64,000 bases of DNA from Clostridiales bacterium (GTDB lineage: Bacteria; Bacillota; Clostridia; Christensenellales; DTU072): NCBI GenBank assembly GCA_012838805.1, contig DUON01000019.1:60560-124559 (forward strand). The letters are read 5' to 3'. The stretch's first letter is position 1. Each line of letters opens with the position of its first letter. Positions 1 through 9,335 of the stretch are shown here, in pieces. Below the pieces are notes generated by a model. The model ran no database searches, was not told the origin of the DNA, and saw only the letters and a program-made list of their open reading frames with translations. A program made the position numbers and the translations under genes.

Positions 1-735
1 GGGCTTAATGGTGTGCATATTGATAACTCTTACGGACAAACCGTCCACATTCTTAAGTTCTTTGGCGGCGATAACAGATTGCAACACGCCTATGCCACAG
101 GTGATTATGGTACAGTCGCTTCCCTCATGGACAATTTCGCCTTTTCCAATCTCAAAATTGAAGTTTTGGTCATGGTGGAAGGGAGGCTCAAAGCCTCTGC
201 CCACACGGATATAAACAGGACCGTCGATGTCCATACAAGCCTCAACGGCTCTTCCAGTTTCTGCACCGTCTGCGGGAACGATAACAGTCATATTGGGGAA
301 TGATTTCATAATCGCAAGGTCCTCGGTGCAGTGGTGTGTGGAGCCCGCTTGACCAAAGGAAATACCCGCATGAGTCGCAATAATCTTTACGGGAAGATTT
401 TGATAGCAGATATCCGTCCTTACTTGTTCGCCGCCCCTAAGGCATGCGAATACAGCAAAAGTTGAAGCGAAGGGGATAAGTCCGCTCTTTGCCAGACCCG
501 CAGCAACGCCAAAAAGGTTTTGTTCGGCAATTCCCACATTAAACATTCTGTCAGGGAATTCTTTTCCAAAAATACCTATATTTGTTGATTTTTCAAGATC
601 GGCGGTGACGCCTACAATCTTGTCATTGGTCTTTGCCATTTCTCTCAATACTCTGCCATAGATTTCTCTAGCGGACATAGTATTTGCATCATAACAATTC
701 CAAGTTGTTCCTGTCGTGGATTTTTTCTCAGCCAT
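1..735 (-). CDS. Transketolase, C-terminal (pyrimidine-binding plus C-terminal domain) subunit; 3' end runs off the window
   Basis: Absent from the ORF track because it is open at nt 1. Minus-strand ATG at 733-735. My translation MAEKKSTTGTTWNCYD...FNVGIAEQNLFGVAAGLAKSG...GSTHHCTEDLAIMKSFPNMTV...RVINMHTIKP matches the transketolase C-terminal half. It lies 16 nt downstream of the N-terminal subunit gene. Confidence 0.9.
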   Translation of the reverse strand, partial: MAEKKSTTGTTWNCYDANTMSAREIYGRVLREMAKTNDKIVGVTADLEKSTNIGIFGKEFPDRMFNVGIAEQNLFGVAAGLAKSGLIPFASTFAVFACLRGGEQVRTDICYQNLPVKIIATHAGISFGQAGSTHHCTEDLAIMKSFPNMTVIVPADGAETGRAVEACMDIDGPVYIRVGRGFEPPFHHDQNFNFEIGKGEIVHEGSDCTIITCGIGVLQSVIAAKELKNVDGLSVRVINMHTIKP

Positions 736-751
736 ATTGTCCTCCCAAAAA

Positions 752-1588
752 TTATAATTTCTCGATATCGGCATAGGCGATTTCGGCTTTTTCCGAGTCT
801 ATCGCGCCATAGTGCCACTTGACATCGTCTTCCATATAACTCACTCCCTTACCCTTAACTGTCTTGGCAATAATAGCCGTGGGAAGAGATGTGTCGTTAT
901 TCCATGCTTGGTCCAGCGAGTCGCATACCTGTTGCATGTCGTTTCCGTCTGATACTTCTATAACATTCCAGCCAAAAGCTCTCCACTTGTCAGCGAAAGG
1001 TTCAAGACTCATAACATCTTCGGTCCTTCCGTCTATCATAAGACCGTTTCTGTCCACAATGGCGATGAGGTTGTCGAGCTTATAGTGTTTTGCTGCCATC
1101 ATAGCCTCATAAACCGAGCCTTCGCAGCATTCTCCGTCACCCAGCATGACGACTGTCTTATAGGTTTGTTTTTGCAGCTTGGCGCCAAGGCAAAGCCCCA
1201 CGCCGATAGAAAGACCGTGTCCCAACGAGCCTGTACTGCAGTCGCAGCCGGGCACTTTCAATGAGTCTGGGTGCATGCCGAAGGGCGACATAAAATGATT
1301 GAAGGTTTTGAGTTTGTCTTTTTCAAAATAGCCCCGAAGCGAAAGACAAGGTATATATCCAACCGCGGAATGACCTTTGGAAAGGATAAACCTGTCTCTA
1401 TCGGGCTTGTTGCAGTCTTTGGGGTTGATATTTAAATACTTGAAGTATAACGCCACCAAATAATCCGCTGCGCTCATAGCGCCGCCCACATGTCCCGAAC
1501 CAGCCCAAACAGTAGTCTGAATGATGTCTTTTCTGAGCTGTTTGGCAAGCTCTTTTAATTTATCAACTGTCACATCTTTTTTTACCAT
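752..1588 (-). CDS. Transketolase, N-terminal (thiamine-diphosphate-binding) subunit
   Basis: 278 aa. Motifs GSGHVGGAMSAADYLVALY, LSKGH and GDGECCEGSVYEA (TPP-binding GDG). SD AAGGAGG lies upstream of the ATG. Split-transketolase arrangement with the downstream gene. Confidence 0.92.
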   Translation of the reverse strand: MVKKDVTVDKLKELAKQLRKDIIQTTVWAGSGHVGGAMSAADYLVALYFKYLNINPKDCNKPDRDRFILSKGHSAVGYIPCLSLRGYFEKDKLKTFNHFMSPFGMHPDSLKVPGCDCSTGSLGHGLSIGVGLCLGAKLQKQTYKTVVMLGDGECCEGSVYEAMMAAKHYKLDNLIAIVDRNGLMIDGRTEDVMSLEPFADKWRAFGWNVIEVSDGNDMQQVCDSLDQAWNNDTSLPTAIIAKTVKGKGVSYMEDDVKWHYGAIDSEKAEIAYADIEKL

Positions 1589-1819
1589 AAGTGACCTCCT
1601 TATATATTCGTATACAAGAATTATTATACCTTATACCTTAATATAAAGTCAATATTGAATTTCTATTATTATAAACATGTAGATTATAAATTAAATCTTT
1701 TCTAAGCAGTCATTAGCTTGTTATATAGCATTCTTGCAGGTGCATAGCTATGGCTATTGAATATTTATACATAAAAAATATTAGAAATTCATTTTTTATA
1801 AAATAGATAATACAATCTA

Positions 1820-1848
1820 TTGAAATATATAATGCAGTGAGTTATAAT
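1820..1848 (+). promoter_or_regulatory. Sigma-A type promoter TTGAAA-N17-TATAAT, 6 nt upstream of ATG 1855
   Basis: TTGAAA at 1820-1825, 17-nt spacer, TATAAT at 1843-1848, then ataaat, then ATG. No SD in between. Confidence 0.55.
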
Positions 1849-1854
1849 ATAAAT

Positions 1855-2364
1855 ATGTATTGGATAATCGATATACTGTTCATAATACTCGCGGCAGGCT
1901 CGGCGGCGCTTTGCTCAAGGGCTATGCTAAAGGTTCGAAGACTCAAACAAAAATATAATAACGCAATAATACTTATACCCCTTTATTATAATAGGGTTTG
2001 GCATGTGCTATTACTTGTTACTTATGTTTTGCTAATTGTGGTGGCGCTGATACTCATGTTTATGACCCGATTATACATAATTTTTTGTTCAATTACCTTC
2101 ATCTTAATAATGTTTTCCGCCTTATTAATAAAAATGATGACTTGCCGATTTGCCGTCCTTGACGGAGGTATAGTCACGCCTTTTAGATACATTAACTGGC
2201 TCCACTTATATGAATATAAAATTGAAGGCAACAGAGTTTTTTTCTATAAAGATGAGAATGGTTATGATACCATAAGAGCGATTTCGCCAAGGCTTTCTTT
2301 TGACGAAGCGAATATCAGCAAGTTGGAGTTTTTATTAAATCGCCACAAAGTAAAGGCAAAATAA
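1855..2364 (+). CDS. Hypothetical membrane protein (3-4 predicted TM helices plus a small C-terminal soluble domain)
   Basis: The ORF track begins at GTG 1837, which falls inside the promoter spacer. ATG 1855 (MYWIIDILFIILAAG...) is preferred. Hydrophobic N-terminal two thirds. No family recognised. Confidence 0.55.
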   Translation: MYWIIDILFIILAAGSAALCSRAMLKVRRLKQKYNNAIILIPLYYNRVWHVLLLVTYVLLIVVALILMFMTRLYIIFCSITFILIMFSALLIKMMTCRFAVLDGGIVTPFRYINWLHLYEYKIEGNRVFFYKDENGYDTIRAISPRLSFDEANISKLEFLLNRHKVKAK

Positions 2365-2488
2365 TTTGTACTAAGCGCATTTTCTTAAGCATAACCTTAT
2401 TATAACAGGGATATGTGATAAGACTGAAAACGACAAAATTAGTTGTTTTATTGTATGAACCCTGTGATAACATTAAAGAGGTAAGAAA

Positions 2489-3244
2489 ATGTTCATTGTA
2501 ATAAAGAAAAGCAAAATTATTGTTGCTATTTTAATAATTGCCACAATAATCATAGCTTGTTCGCTCTACCTTACGACAGATATTACAACAGCATTTTCTG
2601 CCAAGAAAAAACTACCTATATACAGCGTGGAGTGTGAAGAAAACCTTGTGGCATTGTCGTTTGATGCGGCATGGGGGGCAGATAAAACTACAAAAATAAT
2701 GGATATTCTTGATGAATACAATATGAAGGCGACTTTTTTTGTAGTCGGTTTTTGGATAGATAAATTCCCCGAAAAAGCAAAGGAAATCCACGAAAGAGGT
2801 TTTCTACTTGCAAACCATAGCACAAACCATTTGCATATGAATACTCTTTCGCCTGAAGAAATAAAAAAAGAGATTGAAACTACAAATAAAAAGATTTATG
2901 ATATAACCAATGAAAAGACATTGTACTTTAGAGCACCGTTCGGAGAGTATAACAACAATCTGCTCGACTACATAGAACAAAGCAACATGTATTGCATACA
3001 GTGGGATGTGGATAGCTTGGATTGGAAGGGACTAAAAGGGGGACAAATCGCCGATAGAGTGCTTGCAAAAGTCAAAAAGGGGTCAATAGTCTTATTCCAT
3101 AATAATAGCGATTACATTCTTGAAGCTTTGCCCCTTGTACTTATGGGGTTGAAAAACAAAAAAATGACTTGTGTAAGAATGGATGAGCTTATTATAAAAG
3201 ACGACTATTATATAGACAATAACGGTAGACAGAAAAAAAGGTAG
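2489..3244 (+). CDS. Polysaccharide deacetylase (NodB homology domain), PdaB-like
   Basis: 251 aa. N-terminal TM anchor, then LSFDAAWG...ATFFVVG...LANHSTNHLHM...FRAPFGEY, the typical NodB motifs. SD AAAGAGG upstream. Confidence 0.85.
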   Translation: MFIVIKKSKIIVAILIIATIIIACSLYLTTDITTAFSAKKKLPIYSVECEENLVALSFDAAWGADKTTKIMDILDEYNMKATFFVVGFWIDKFPEKAKEIHERGFLLANHSTNHLHMNTLSPEEIKKEIETTNKKIYDITNEKTLYFRAPFGEYNNNLLDYIEQSNMYCIQWDVDSLDWKGLKGGQIADRVLAKVKKGSIVLFHNNSDYILEALPLVLMGLKNKKMTCVRMDELIIKDDYYIDNNGRQKKR

Positions 3245-3266
3245 TCTGCCTGGAGGGGTACCAAAA

Positions 3267-3938
3267 ATGAATTATGAGCTAATGAATAACAATATTGTTA
3301 CATTGTCGGGGGTTATTTCTGAGGGACCAAAGTATTCGCACCAAATGTTTGGAGAAGGTTTTTACGAAGCTTTTATTACAGTGCCGAGATTAAGCGAACA
3401 AGTCGATATTCTTCCTATTACTATTTCTGAAAGGCTTTTGCAGGATGAGAGGGTGTCTGGAGAGCAACCTGTCACTATCACTGGACAATTGCGAAGTTAT
3501 AATAAAATTATTGACGGGAAATCAAGACTTTTGCTTACGGTTTTTGTTAGGGATATTTTGGACTATGACCCTGAAAGAAATCCCAATATCATAGACCTTA
3601 CGGGATTCATATGCAAGCCTCCGGTATACCGCACAACGCCTTTCAAAAGGGAGATATGTGATATTCTTTTGGCTGTTAACAGAGCTTATAACAAGTCGGA
3701 CTATCTGCCCTGTATAGCGTGGGGCAGAAACGCACGATTCGTAAGAGAATTGGAAGTCGGCGAGAAATTAGTAATAAACGGCAGAGTACAGAGTAGAACT
3801 TATCAGAAAATGACTGAAGACGGAGAACTTGTCACCAAAGTAGCTTATGAAATCAGCATAAACCGTATAAGCCGTGAGGAAAGCCTTAATGATATGGGAG
3901 ACCAACCCGAAGAAGACTTAGAGCAAGATATGGAATAA
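3267..3938 (+). CDS. Tandem OB-fold single-stranded-DNA-binding-like protein with an acidic C-terminal tail
   Basis: 223 aa. The two halves align to each other (NNIVTLSGVISEGPKY...VTITGQLRSY versus NIIDLTGFICKPPVYR...LVINGRVQSRTYQ). Tail is DQPEEDLEQDME. SD GGAGGGG upstream. Confidence 0.6.
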   Translation: MNYELMNNNIVTLSGVISEGPKYSHQMFGEGFYEAFITVPRLSEQVDILPITISERLLQDERVSGEQPVTITGQLRSYNKIIDGKSRLLLTVFVRDILDYDPERNPNIIDLTGFICKPPVYRTTPFKREICDILLAVNRAYNKSDYLPCIAWGRNARFVRELEVGEKLVINGRVQSRTYQKMTEDGELVTKVAYEISINRISREESLNDMGDQPEEDLEQDME

Positions 3939-3971
3939 TCTCAAAATATTTACAAAAAGCATTAAGCGTCT

Positions 3972-4009
3972 AAATGTTCTCAATTAGACAAAAGGGAACA
4001 TTTATTTTG
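3972..4009 (+). terminator. Rho-independent terminator candidate
   Basis: aaatgttctc (3972-3981) pairs with gggaacattt (3994-4003) with 1 mismatch, followed by attttg. Confidence 0.5.
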
Positions 4010-4010
4010 A

Positions 4011-4039
4011 TTGAAAAAATCTCCCTCTTATGCTATCAT
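4011..4039 (+). promoter_or_regulatory. Sigma-A type promoter TTGAAA-N17-TATCAT (TGc extended -10), 9 nt upstream of ATG 4049
   Basis: TTGAAA at 4011-4016, TATCAT at 4034-4039 preceded by tgc. No SD before ATG 4049. Confidence 0.45.
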
Positions 4040-4048
4040 ATTTGAGAT

Positions 4049-4708
4049 ATGGATTCAATGAAACGCAATGTATTTGAAATATTTGAAAAAATAGAAAAGA
4101 TAGCCGATCCTGAGAGCGTGGAGGTCATCGCCGCCACTAAAACCCAGCCACTTGAGGTTGTTTTGCGGGCGATTGAGGGCACTCCGATTAAAACCGCGGG
4201 TGAAAACAGAGTTCAGGAGCTTTTATCCAAATATGACGAGCGTCTCACATGGGATTTTATAGGCAGGCTTCAGACCAACAAAGTCAAATACCTTATCGAC
4301 AAGGTTCGGCTCATCCACAGCGTCGACAGACCAAAGCTCTTGCAGACCATAGACCAAGAGGCAAGGAAGAAAGGAAAGCTTCAAGATATCCTTATCCAAA
4401 TAAATGCGGGGGGTGAAGAGTCCAAAGGCGGGATTTTGTTTGAGGAAGCTTTTGAATTCGCCTCTCTCGCAAAGAGTTTTGAGAACATAAGAGTTAGAGG
4501 CGTCATGGCAGTAACGCCGTATGACATAGAGAGAAGCGAATTGATAAAACTTTTCGATAAGGCAAAAAAAGTTTTTGACCGCCTTAAAAGTGACAATAAT
4601 GATATAAGGCATCTTTCCATGGGCATGTCGGACGACTATCTTCTTGCCATAGAGCATGGTGCGAACTTGGTAAGGCTGGGAAGAGCCATTTTCGGCGAAA
4701 GGAAATAA
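4049..4708 (+). CDS. yggS: YggS/YlmE family pyridoxal-phosphate homeostasis protein
   Basis: 219 aa. AATKTQP (PLP-binding Lys region), FIGRLQTNKVKY, HLSMGMSDDY...RLGRAIFG. Followed by sepF, as in the Bacillus ylm cluster. Confidence 0.9.
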   Translation: MDSMKRNVFEIFEKIEKIADPESVEVIAATKTQPLEVVLRAIEGTPIKTAGENRVQELLSKYDERLTWDFIGRLQTNKVKYLIDKVRLIHSVDRPKLLQTIDQEARKKGKLQDILIQINAGGEESKGGILFEEAFEFASLAKSFENIRVRGVMAVTPYDIERSELIKLFDKAKKVFDRLKSDNNDIRHLSMGMSDDYLLAIEHGANLVRLGRAIFGERK

Positions 4709-4711
4709 GCA

Positions 4712-5020
4712 ATGGGGGGATTTTTCGATTATCTTCAAGGCAGAGAAAAAAAGGAGCGGAAAACTTTTTGTGCAAACGATGTCAGCATAAATCGTCCCAA
4801 GAGTTTTTCTGACATCCGCTCTCTTTTGGACAGCTTAATGGACAATGAAGGCTTTATTGTGGATTTTGAAGGTATCGACACCGCACTTGCCCAAAGGATG
4901 CTGGATTTCTTGAGCGGAGCGGTATATGCGATAGGCGGAAAGATAGAGCATATAAAACAAAAAATGTATATAATTTTGCCAAAAAACAAAGAGACCAAAA
5001 AAACAAAAGGGAAGATATGA
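4712..5020 (+). CDS. sepF: Cell division protein SepF (DUF552), short form
   Basis: 102 aa. Core PKSFSDIRSLLDSLMDNEGFIVDFEGIDTALAQRMLDFLSGAVYAIGGKIEHI matches the SepF C-terminal domain. Synteny with yggS. Confidence 0.75.
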   Translation: MGGFFDYLQGREKKERKTFCANDVSINRPKSFSDIRSLLDSLMDNEGFIVDFEGIDTALAQRMLDFLSGAVYAIGGKIEHIKQKMYIILPKNKETKKTKGKI

Positions 5021-5532
5021 AAGACTTTATAAAAAAGTATTGGAAATTCATACTGATAGAACTATTGCTTATCGGCGTCGTCATTGCCGCCGACCTTCTC
5101 ACAAAAGAGTTTATATATGGCAAGGTGGAAAGAGACGGCAAAATAGATATCATAAAAGGCGTATTGTCTTTCACCGCCGTGAGGAATACGGGTGCCTCAT
5201 TTGGCATGTTTGGTGAGCATACCTCTATACTGACAATAGTATCCGCTGTGTCCGCTTTTGGACTATTGGTTTTTCTTATCTTCAGCGCCAAAAATAGAAA
5301 CATCCTGCTTAGAAGCTCCCTTGTTTTGATTATTGGAGGGGCGATAGGCAACCTTGTGGATAGAATAGCCCTAAAATATGTTAGGGATTTTGTATATGTT
5401 GAAATAATCGATTTCGCGGTCTTTAATCTTGCAGATAGTGCGCTTACGGTGGGTACAATATTGCTCATTATCTATGTCTTATTCTTTTATGGAAAAGAGC
5501 AATCCCAAAAGCCGCAAAAAGAGTCCCAATGA
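5017..5532 (+). CDS. lspA: Lipoprotein signal peptidase (signal peptidase II)
   Basis: 171 aa. NTGASFGMF, GGAIGNLVDR, DFAVFNLADS. ATGA overlap with sepF. Confidence 0.92.
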   Translation: MKDFIKKYWKFILIELLLIGVVIAADLLTKEFIYGKVERDGKIDIIKGVLSFTAVRNTGASFGMFGEHTSILTIVSAVSAFGLLVFLIFSAKNRNILLRSSLVLIIGGAIGNLVDRIALKYVRDFVYVEIIDFAVFNLADSALTVGTILLIIYVLFFYGKEQSQKPQKESQ

Positions 5533-6431
5533 AAAAAGTATTCGTTCCCCAATCAGAAGACAAGGGCAAGAGGCTTGATATTTATTTATCTGAAAAACTT
5601 GACCTTTCAAGGTCTCAAATAAAAAAATTGATAGAAAAAGACAAAGTTCTTTGCAACGGTCAAGTCCTAAAAAAAAGCGGGGAAGAAATCAAAGAGAGCT
5701 GGGCTATCGAAGTTTTTTTGGAAGAGGAACTTCCTATAAAAGCTTTCCCTCAAAACATTCCTTTGGACATAGTTTATGAAGACGAAGATTTTGCGGTGGT
5801 CAACAAACCCCGCGGAATGGTCACACATATCTGCCAAGCCAGCCCAAAAGATACTTTGGTCAATGCGGCTATGTATCACATAAAGAACTTATCGGATATC
5901 AACGGCGAATTGCGATATGGGATTGTCCACAGGCTGGATAAAAGCACATCCGGGCTGATTTTAATAGCCAAGAACAATGACTCCCATATTTCACTTGCAA
6001 ATCAAATAGCTAACCGAACCGCTATGAGATATTATTTGGGAGTCGTGGAAGGCAACCTTAAGGACGACGAAGGGGAGATAGAAGAGCCCATAGCACGCCA
6101 TGCCGTCGACAGAAAGAAAATGGCGGTCAGAGAGGGCGGAAGATATGCCAAGACCTATTATAGGGTACTTGAGCGGTTTATGGACTATACTCTTGTGGAA
6201 TTTCGACTGCATACGGGGAGGACTCATCAAATTAGAGTTCATATGAAACATATTCAGCATCCCATTGTGGGCGACGCCAAATATGGCACCAAGAAAAGGT
6301 TCGCTCACGGTCAGCTTTTGCACGCCCATAAGCTGATTATCAAACACCCTGGGACACAAGAAGAAATGTTATTCACCGCCCTGCTTCCCGATTATTTTGA
6401 AAAGTTTTTGAATAAGCTCAGAAATGGATAG
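5529..6431 (+). CDS. rluD: 23S rRNA pseudouridine synthase, RluD/RluA family, with N-terminal S4 domain
   Basis: 300 aa. HRLDKSTSGLILIAK catalytic Asp motif and GRTHQIRVH. lspA-rluD synteny. Confidence 0.9.
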   Translation: MKKVFVPQSEDKGKRLDIYLSEKLDLSRSQIKKLIEKDKVLCNGQVLKKSGEEIKESWAIEVFLEEELPIKAFPQNIPLDIVYEDEDFAVVNKPRGMVTHICQASPKDTLVNAAMYHIKNLSDINGELRYGIVHRLDKSTSGLILIAKNNDSHISLANQIANRTAMRYYLGVVEGNLKDDEGEIEEPIARHAVDRKKMAVREGGRYAKTYYRVLERFMDYTLVEFRLHTGRTHQIRVHMKHIQHPIVGDAKYGTKKRFAHGQLLHAHKLIIKHPGTQEEMLFTALLPDYFEKFLNKLRNG

Positions 6432-6472
6432 ACTTTGTCATTATTTATTTTTTATTCCAATAAACTATTATT

Positions 6473-6739
6473 ATGTCAATTTATAACAATCTGGTCTTTA
6501 ATACCAATATGCCCTTAAAAGACAGCATAGGCGGCGTAAGGGTCATGCTTGTGGATTTTTCGGGGATACTTGTCGAAGGGCATAAAGGACTGTTCAGATA
6601 CAGCCCCAATGCGATAATTATACAGTTAAAAAACGCAAGGCTTATTTTAGAGGGTGAAAATTTAGATATCGCACATATAAACAGCGATGAAATCTACATA
6701 AAAGGGGACATCAAGCTTATTACGAGGGAAGATAAATGA
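6473..6739 (+). CDS. yqfC: Sporulation protein YqfC (YabP/YqfC family)
   Basis: 88 aa. ILVEGHKGLFRYSPNAIIIQLKNARLILEGENLDI pattern. Directly followed by an overlapping yqfD. Start codon uncertain. Confidence 0.75.
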   Translation: MSIYNNLVFNTNMPLKDSIGGVRVMLVDFSGILVEGHKGLFRYSPNAIIIQLKNARLILEGENLDIAHINSDEIYIKGDIKLITREDK

Positions 6740-7848
6740 GCAAAGTCAAGTTCAGCATAAGGAACAAATCCTGTTTTTCTATCAACATATTGATAAAAAA
6801 AGGCGTTACGGTGGCTAAACCGAGATTTTATAAAGACCGATTGGAGTTTTTTGTCCGCCTAAAAGAGCAATACCTGTGTCAAAAAATCCTTGAAGAATAT
6901 AATATAGAGTATAAGGTGCTGAGTAAAAGAGGCGCTTTTGTTTTTATGCAAAGGAATCTTAATAGAGCGGGGTTAATCGTCGGATTTGTGGCGGCAGTGA
7001 TTATGCTTTTTGTATATTCAAATTGCATATTCAATCTGAATATCGAGGGCTTGGAAGAAGTGGACAAAGAGATAGTGCTTGAAACCGCTTACGAACATAT
7101 AAAACCGCCGTCGGTCTTTAAGAAAGTGGACATCAAAAAGCTTGAGGAAGACATCATAAAAATAGAGGGGATAGCCAATGCGGCGGTGGAAAAAGGCGGA
7201 ACCACAATCAATATAACAATCCTTGAAGAACTGCCTTTGCCGAACATAGAGGACATAAAAGACGAGTTAAAGGATATAACCAGTAAATATGACAGCGTAA
7301 TAACCAGAATTACCGTTACGGGCGGAACACCGCTTGTAAAAAAAGGTCAGGCGGTGAAGAAAGGACAAAAGCTTATTGGAGCGTATATCTATTCGGACGA
7401 AAACACGACCGTTTACACAAAAGCGGGCGGACAAGTATACGGCAAGGTTTGGTTAACCAAAAGCAAGACTATATACCCCCAAAAGCTGGTTTATGTGAGG
7501 ACGGGGAAAATTTATAGCGAGTATAATATACCGTTTTTCAATTGGATAAATAAGAAAAAGAAAGTTCCTTTTTCTCATTATGAGACCAAGACGGAGAAGG
7601 TAGTCTTGGGCGGGGGCATGAAGTTCGAAGCGGAGAAGATTACATATTTTGAGACCGTTCCAAAAAAAATAGATATTGATGTGCTTAAGGAAGCGGAAGT
7701 CGAGATTATTGAGCTTTTTGACAGATTGGAAGAGGAAATGGACGAGGATATGAAACGCGTAAGAAAATGGTTCGACATAAAAAGACTGGACAAATCTGTA
7801 AAAATAGATATATACTATGAGGTAGAAATGTTGATTGGCGAACAATAA
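6736..7848 (+). CDS. yqfD: Sporulation protein YqfD (stage IV sporulation)
   Basis: 370 aa. One central TM segment (GLIVGFVAAVIMLFVYSNCIF), NLNIEG motif, size and position after yqfC. Confidence 0.8.
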   Translation: MSKVKFSIRNKSCFSINILIKKGVTVAKPRFYKDRLEFFVRLKEQYLCQKILEEYNIEYKVLSKRGAFVFMQRNLNRAGLIVGFVAAVIMLFVYSNCIFNLNIEGLEEVDKEIVLETAYEHIKPPSVFKKVDIKKLEEDIIKIEGIANAAVEKGGTTINITILEELPLPNIEDIKDELKDITSKYDSVITRITVTGGTPLVKKGQAVKKGQKLIGAYIYSDENTTVYTKAGGQVYGKVWLTKSKTIYPQKLVYVRTGKIYSEYNIPFFNWINKKKKVPFSHYETKTEKVVLGGGMKFEAEKITYFETVPKKIDIDVLKEAEVEIIELFDRLEEEMDEDMKRVRKWFDIKRLDKSVKIDIYYEVEMLIGEQ

Positions 7849-7856
7849 GGATAAAT

Positions 7857-9335
7857 ATGGAAAACAATAATAATGTACCAAACAAAAGAAATAAGGCTTT
7901 AAACAAAAAGCTTGTCTTAAATCATGTGATAATAATAATATTTTCAATCTTCCTTGCCATGCTTGTCAAGCTTATAGACAAGGGCTGGGGGGACTTTGCG
8001 CAGGCGGTCACACAGTCAAGGACGATTATTCAGATATTCGCTCTTGCGGCGGTCTTGGCTTTGTTGCAGATAGTATTCCTCTATTATATTTTACAGACAA
8101 AAAAAGATATATTGGAAAACGGCAAGCTCTTGGCGGTGTTGCTTACGGCTGTGCTGATTACGCTTCTTCTGTCATATATTCTTGGAAAGTATGCAAGCGT
8201 GTATCTTATGCCCTTGGCTCTTGCGGGACTGCTCATAGGAATTCTTATCGACAAAAGAGCGGCGCTCATGGCGAATATTTTTATAAATTTGGGATATTTT
8301 CTGTGTTTTGTCATCTTATACGGAATTCACGAAACCCTTATTTCTGCTTCCGCTATGCTGACAGGCATTGTGGCGGGAACTTATATGATACTCATGATGG
8401 AAAAGACCTATACCCGCATGCGCTTTTTATTGAACGGGCTATTTATCGCAGCGTTTATCGCTCCTGTAGCCATGCTTTCTTCTGCGGTTGTCCTTGAGAA
8501 TGACTGGCAAGATATTCTTTATTCGGGCATGTGGTCGTTTCTATCAGCAGTGTTGTCGGTGGCGCTTTTTATAACCGTACTTCCCGCCTTTGAAAAAATA
8601 TTTAGACTATCCACGAACTTTGGTTTGGAAGAGATATGTTCTTTCGACGCTCCGCTTTTGAAAAGGTTGTCCACTGAAGCTCCCGGCACATTTAACCACA
8701 GCTTGTCCGTCGGGAATTTAGCTCAGCTTTGCGCATTGGCGATTGGGGAAAACCCACAGCTTGCCAAAGCCGCAGCGTATTATCACGATGTAGGCAAATT
8801 AAGGGACCCGCTCTGCTATGTGGAGAACCAAAAGGACTATAACCCCCACGACGATTTTATACCCGAGGTATCTGTATATGTAATCACCCAGCATACAAAT
8901 TGGGGATACGAGCTGATAAAAAAAGAGAATTTGCCCGATGTCATAGCGGATATCGCAAAAGAACATCACGGCACAACACCCGTCAATTATTTTTATAACA
9001 AGGTCAAAAAGCTTACCGAAGAAAGAGTGGATTCTTCGGAATTTTGTTATGATGGACCTATACCGTCGGGCAGAATAGGAGCTATTATCATGATAGCCGA
9101 CACGGTGGAAGCGGCGTCAAGATCACAATGCATAAGCACCGACGAAAAGGAGCTCAGGGCATTTATACATGAGCTGATCGAAGAGAAAAGAAGGCTTGGG
9201 CAGTTCGACAATTGCGGTCTGACTTTGAGACAGCTTAAGCAAATCGAGGATACTCTTGTGGAAGCATTGCCCGGAGTCAGCCACACCAGAATTGCGTATA
9301 ATACAGAGAAAGAGGACAAAAAAGAAATATCATGA
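7857..9335 (+). CDS. pgpH: 7TM-HD membrane phosphohydrolase (PgpH/YqfF family, cyclic-di-AMP phosphodiesterase-like); short form without the extracellular N-terminal domain
   Basis: 492 aa. Multi-TM N-terminal half, then HD domain (HSLSVGNLA, YYHDVGK, EHHGT, ADTVEAASR). Conserved position before ybeY. Confidence 0.85.
   Translation: MENNNNVPNKRNKALNKKLVLNHVIIIIFSIFLAMLVKLIDKGWGDFAQAVTQSRTIIQIFALAAVLALLQIVFLYYILQTKKDILENGKLLAVLLTAVLITLLLSYILGKYASVYLMPLALAGLLIGILIDKRAALMANIFINLGYFLCFVILYGIHETLISASAMLTGIVAGTYMILMMEKTYTRMRFLLNGLFIAAFIAPVAMLSSAVVLENDWQDILYSGMWSFLSAVLSVALFITVLPAFEKIFRLSTNFGLEEICSFDAPLLKRLSTEAPGTFNHSLSVGNLAQLCALAIGENPQLAKAAAYYHDVGKLRDPLCYVENQKDYNPHDDFIPEVSVYVITQHTNWGYELIKKENLPDVIADIAKEHHGTTPVNYFYNKVKKLTEERVDSSEFCYDGPIPSGRIGAIIMIADTVEAASRSQCISTDEKELRAFIHELIEEKRRLGQFDNCGLTLRQLKQIEDTLVEALPGVSHTRIAYNTEKEDKKEIS

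Noticed and set aside
8-303. Two small plus-strand ORFs (8-214 and 13-303) at the left edge.
   Set aside because: They are antisense to the transketolase C-terminal subunit, which is well supported, and they have no motifs or RBS.
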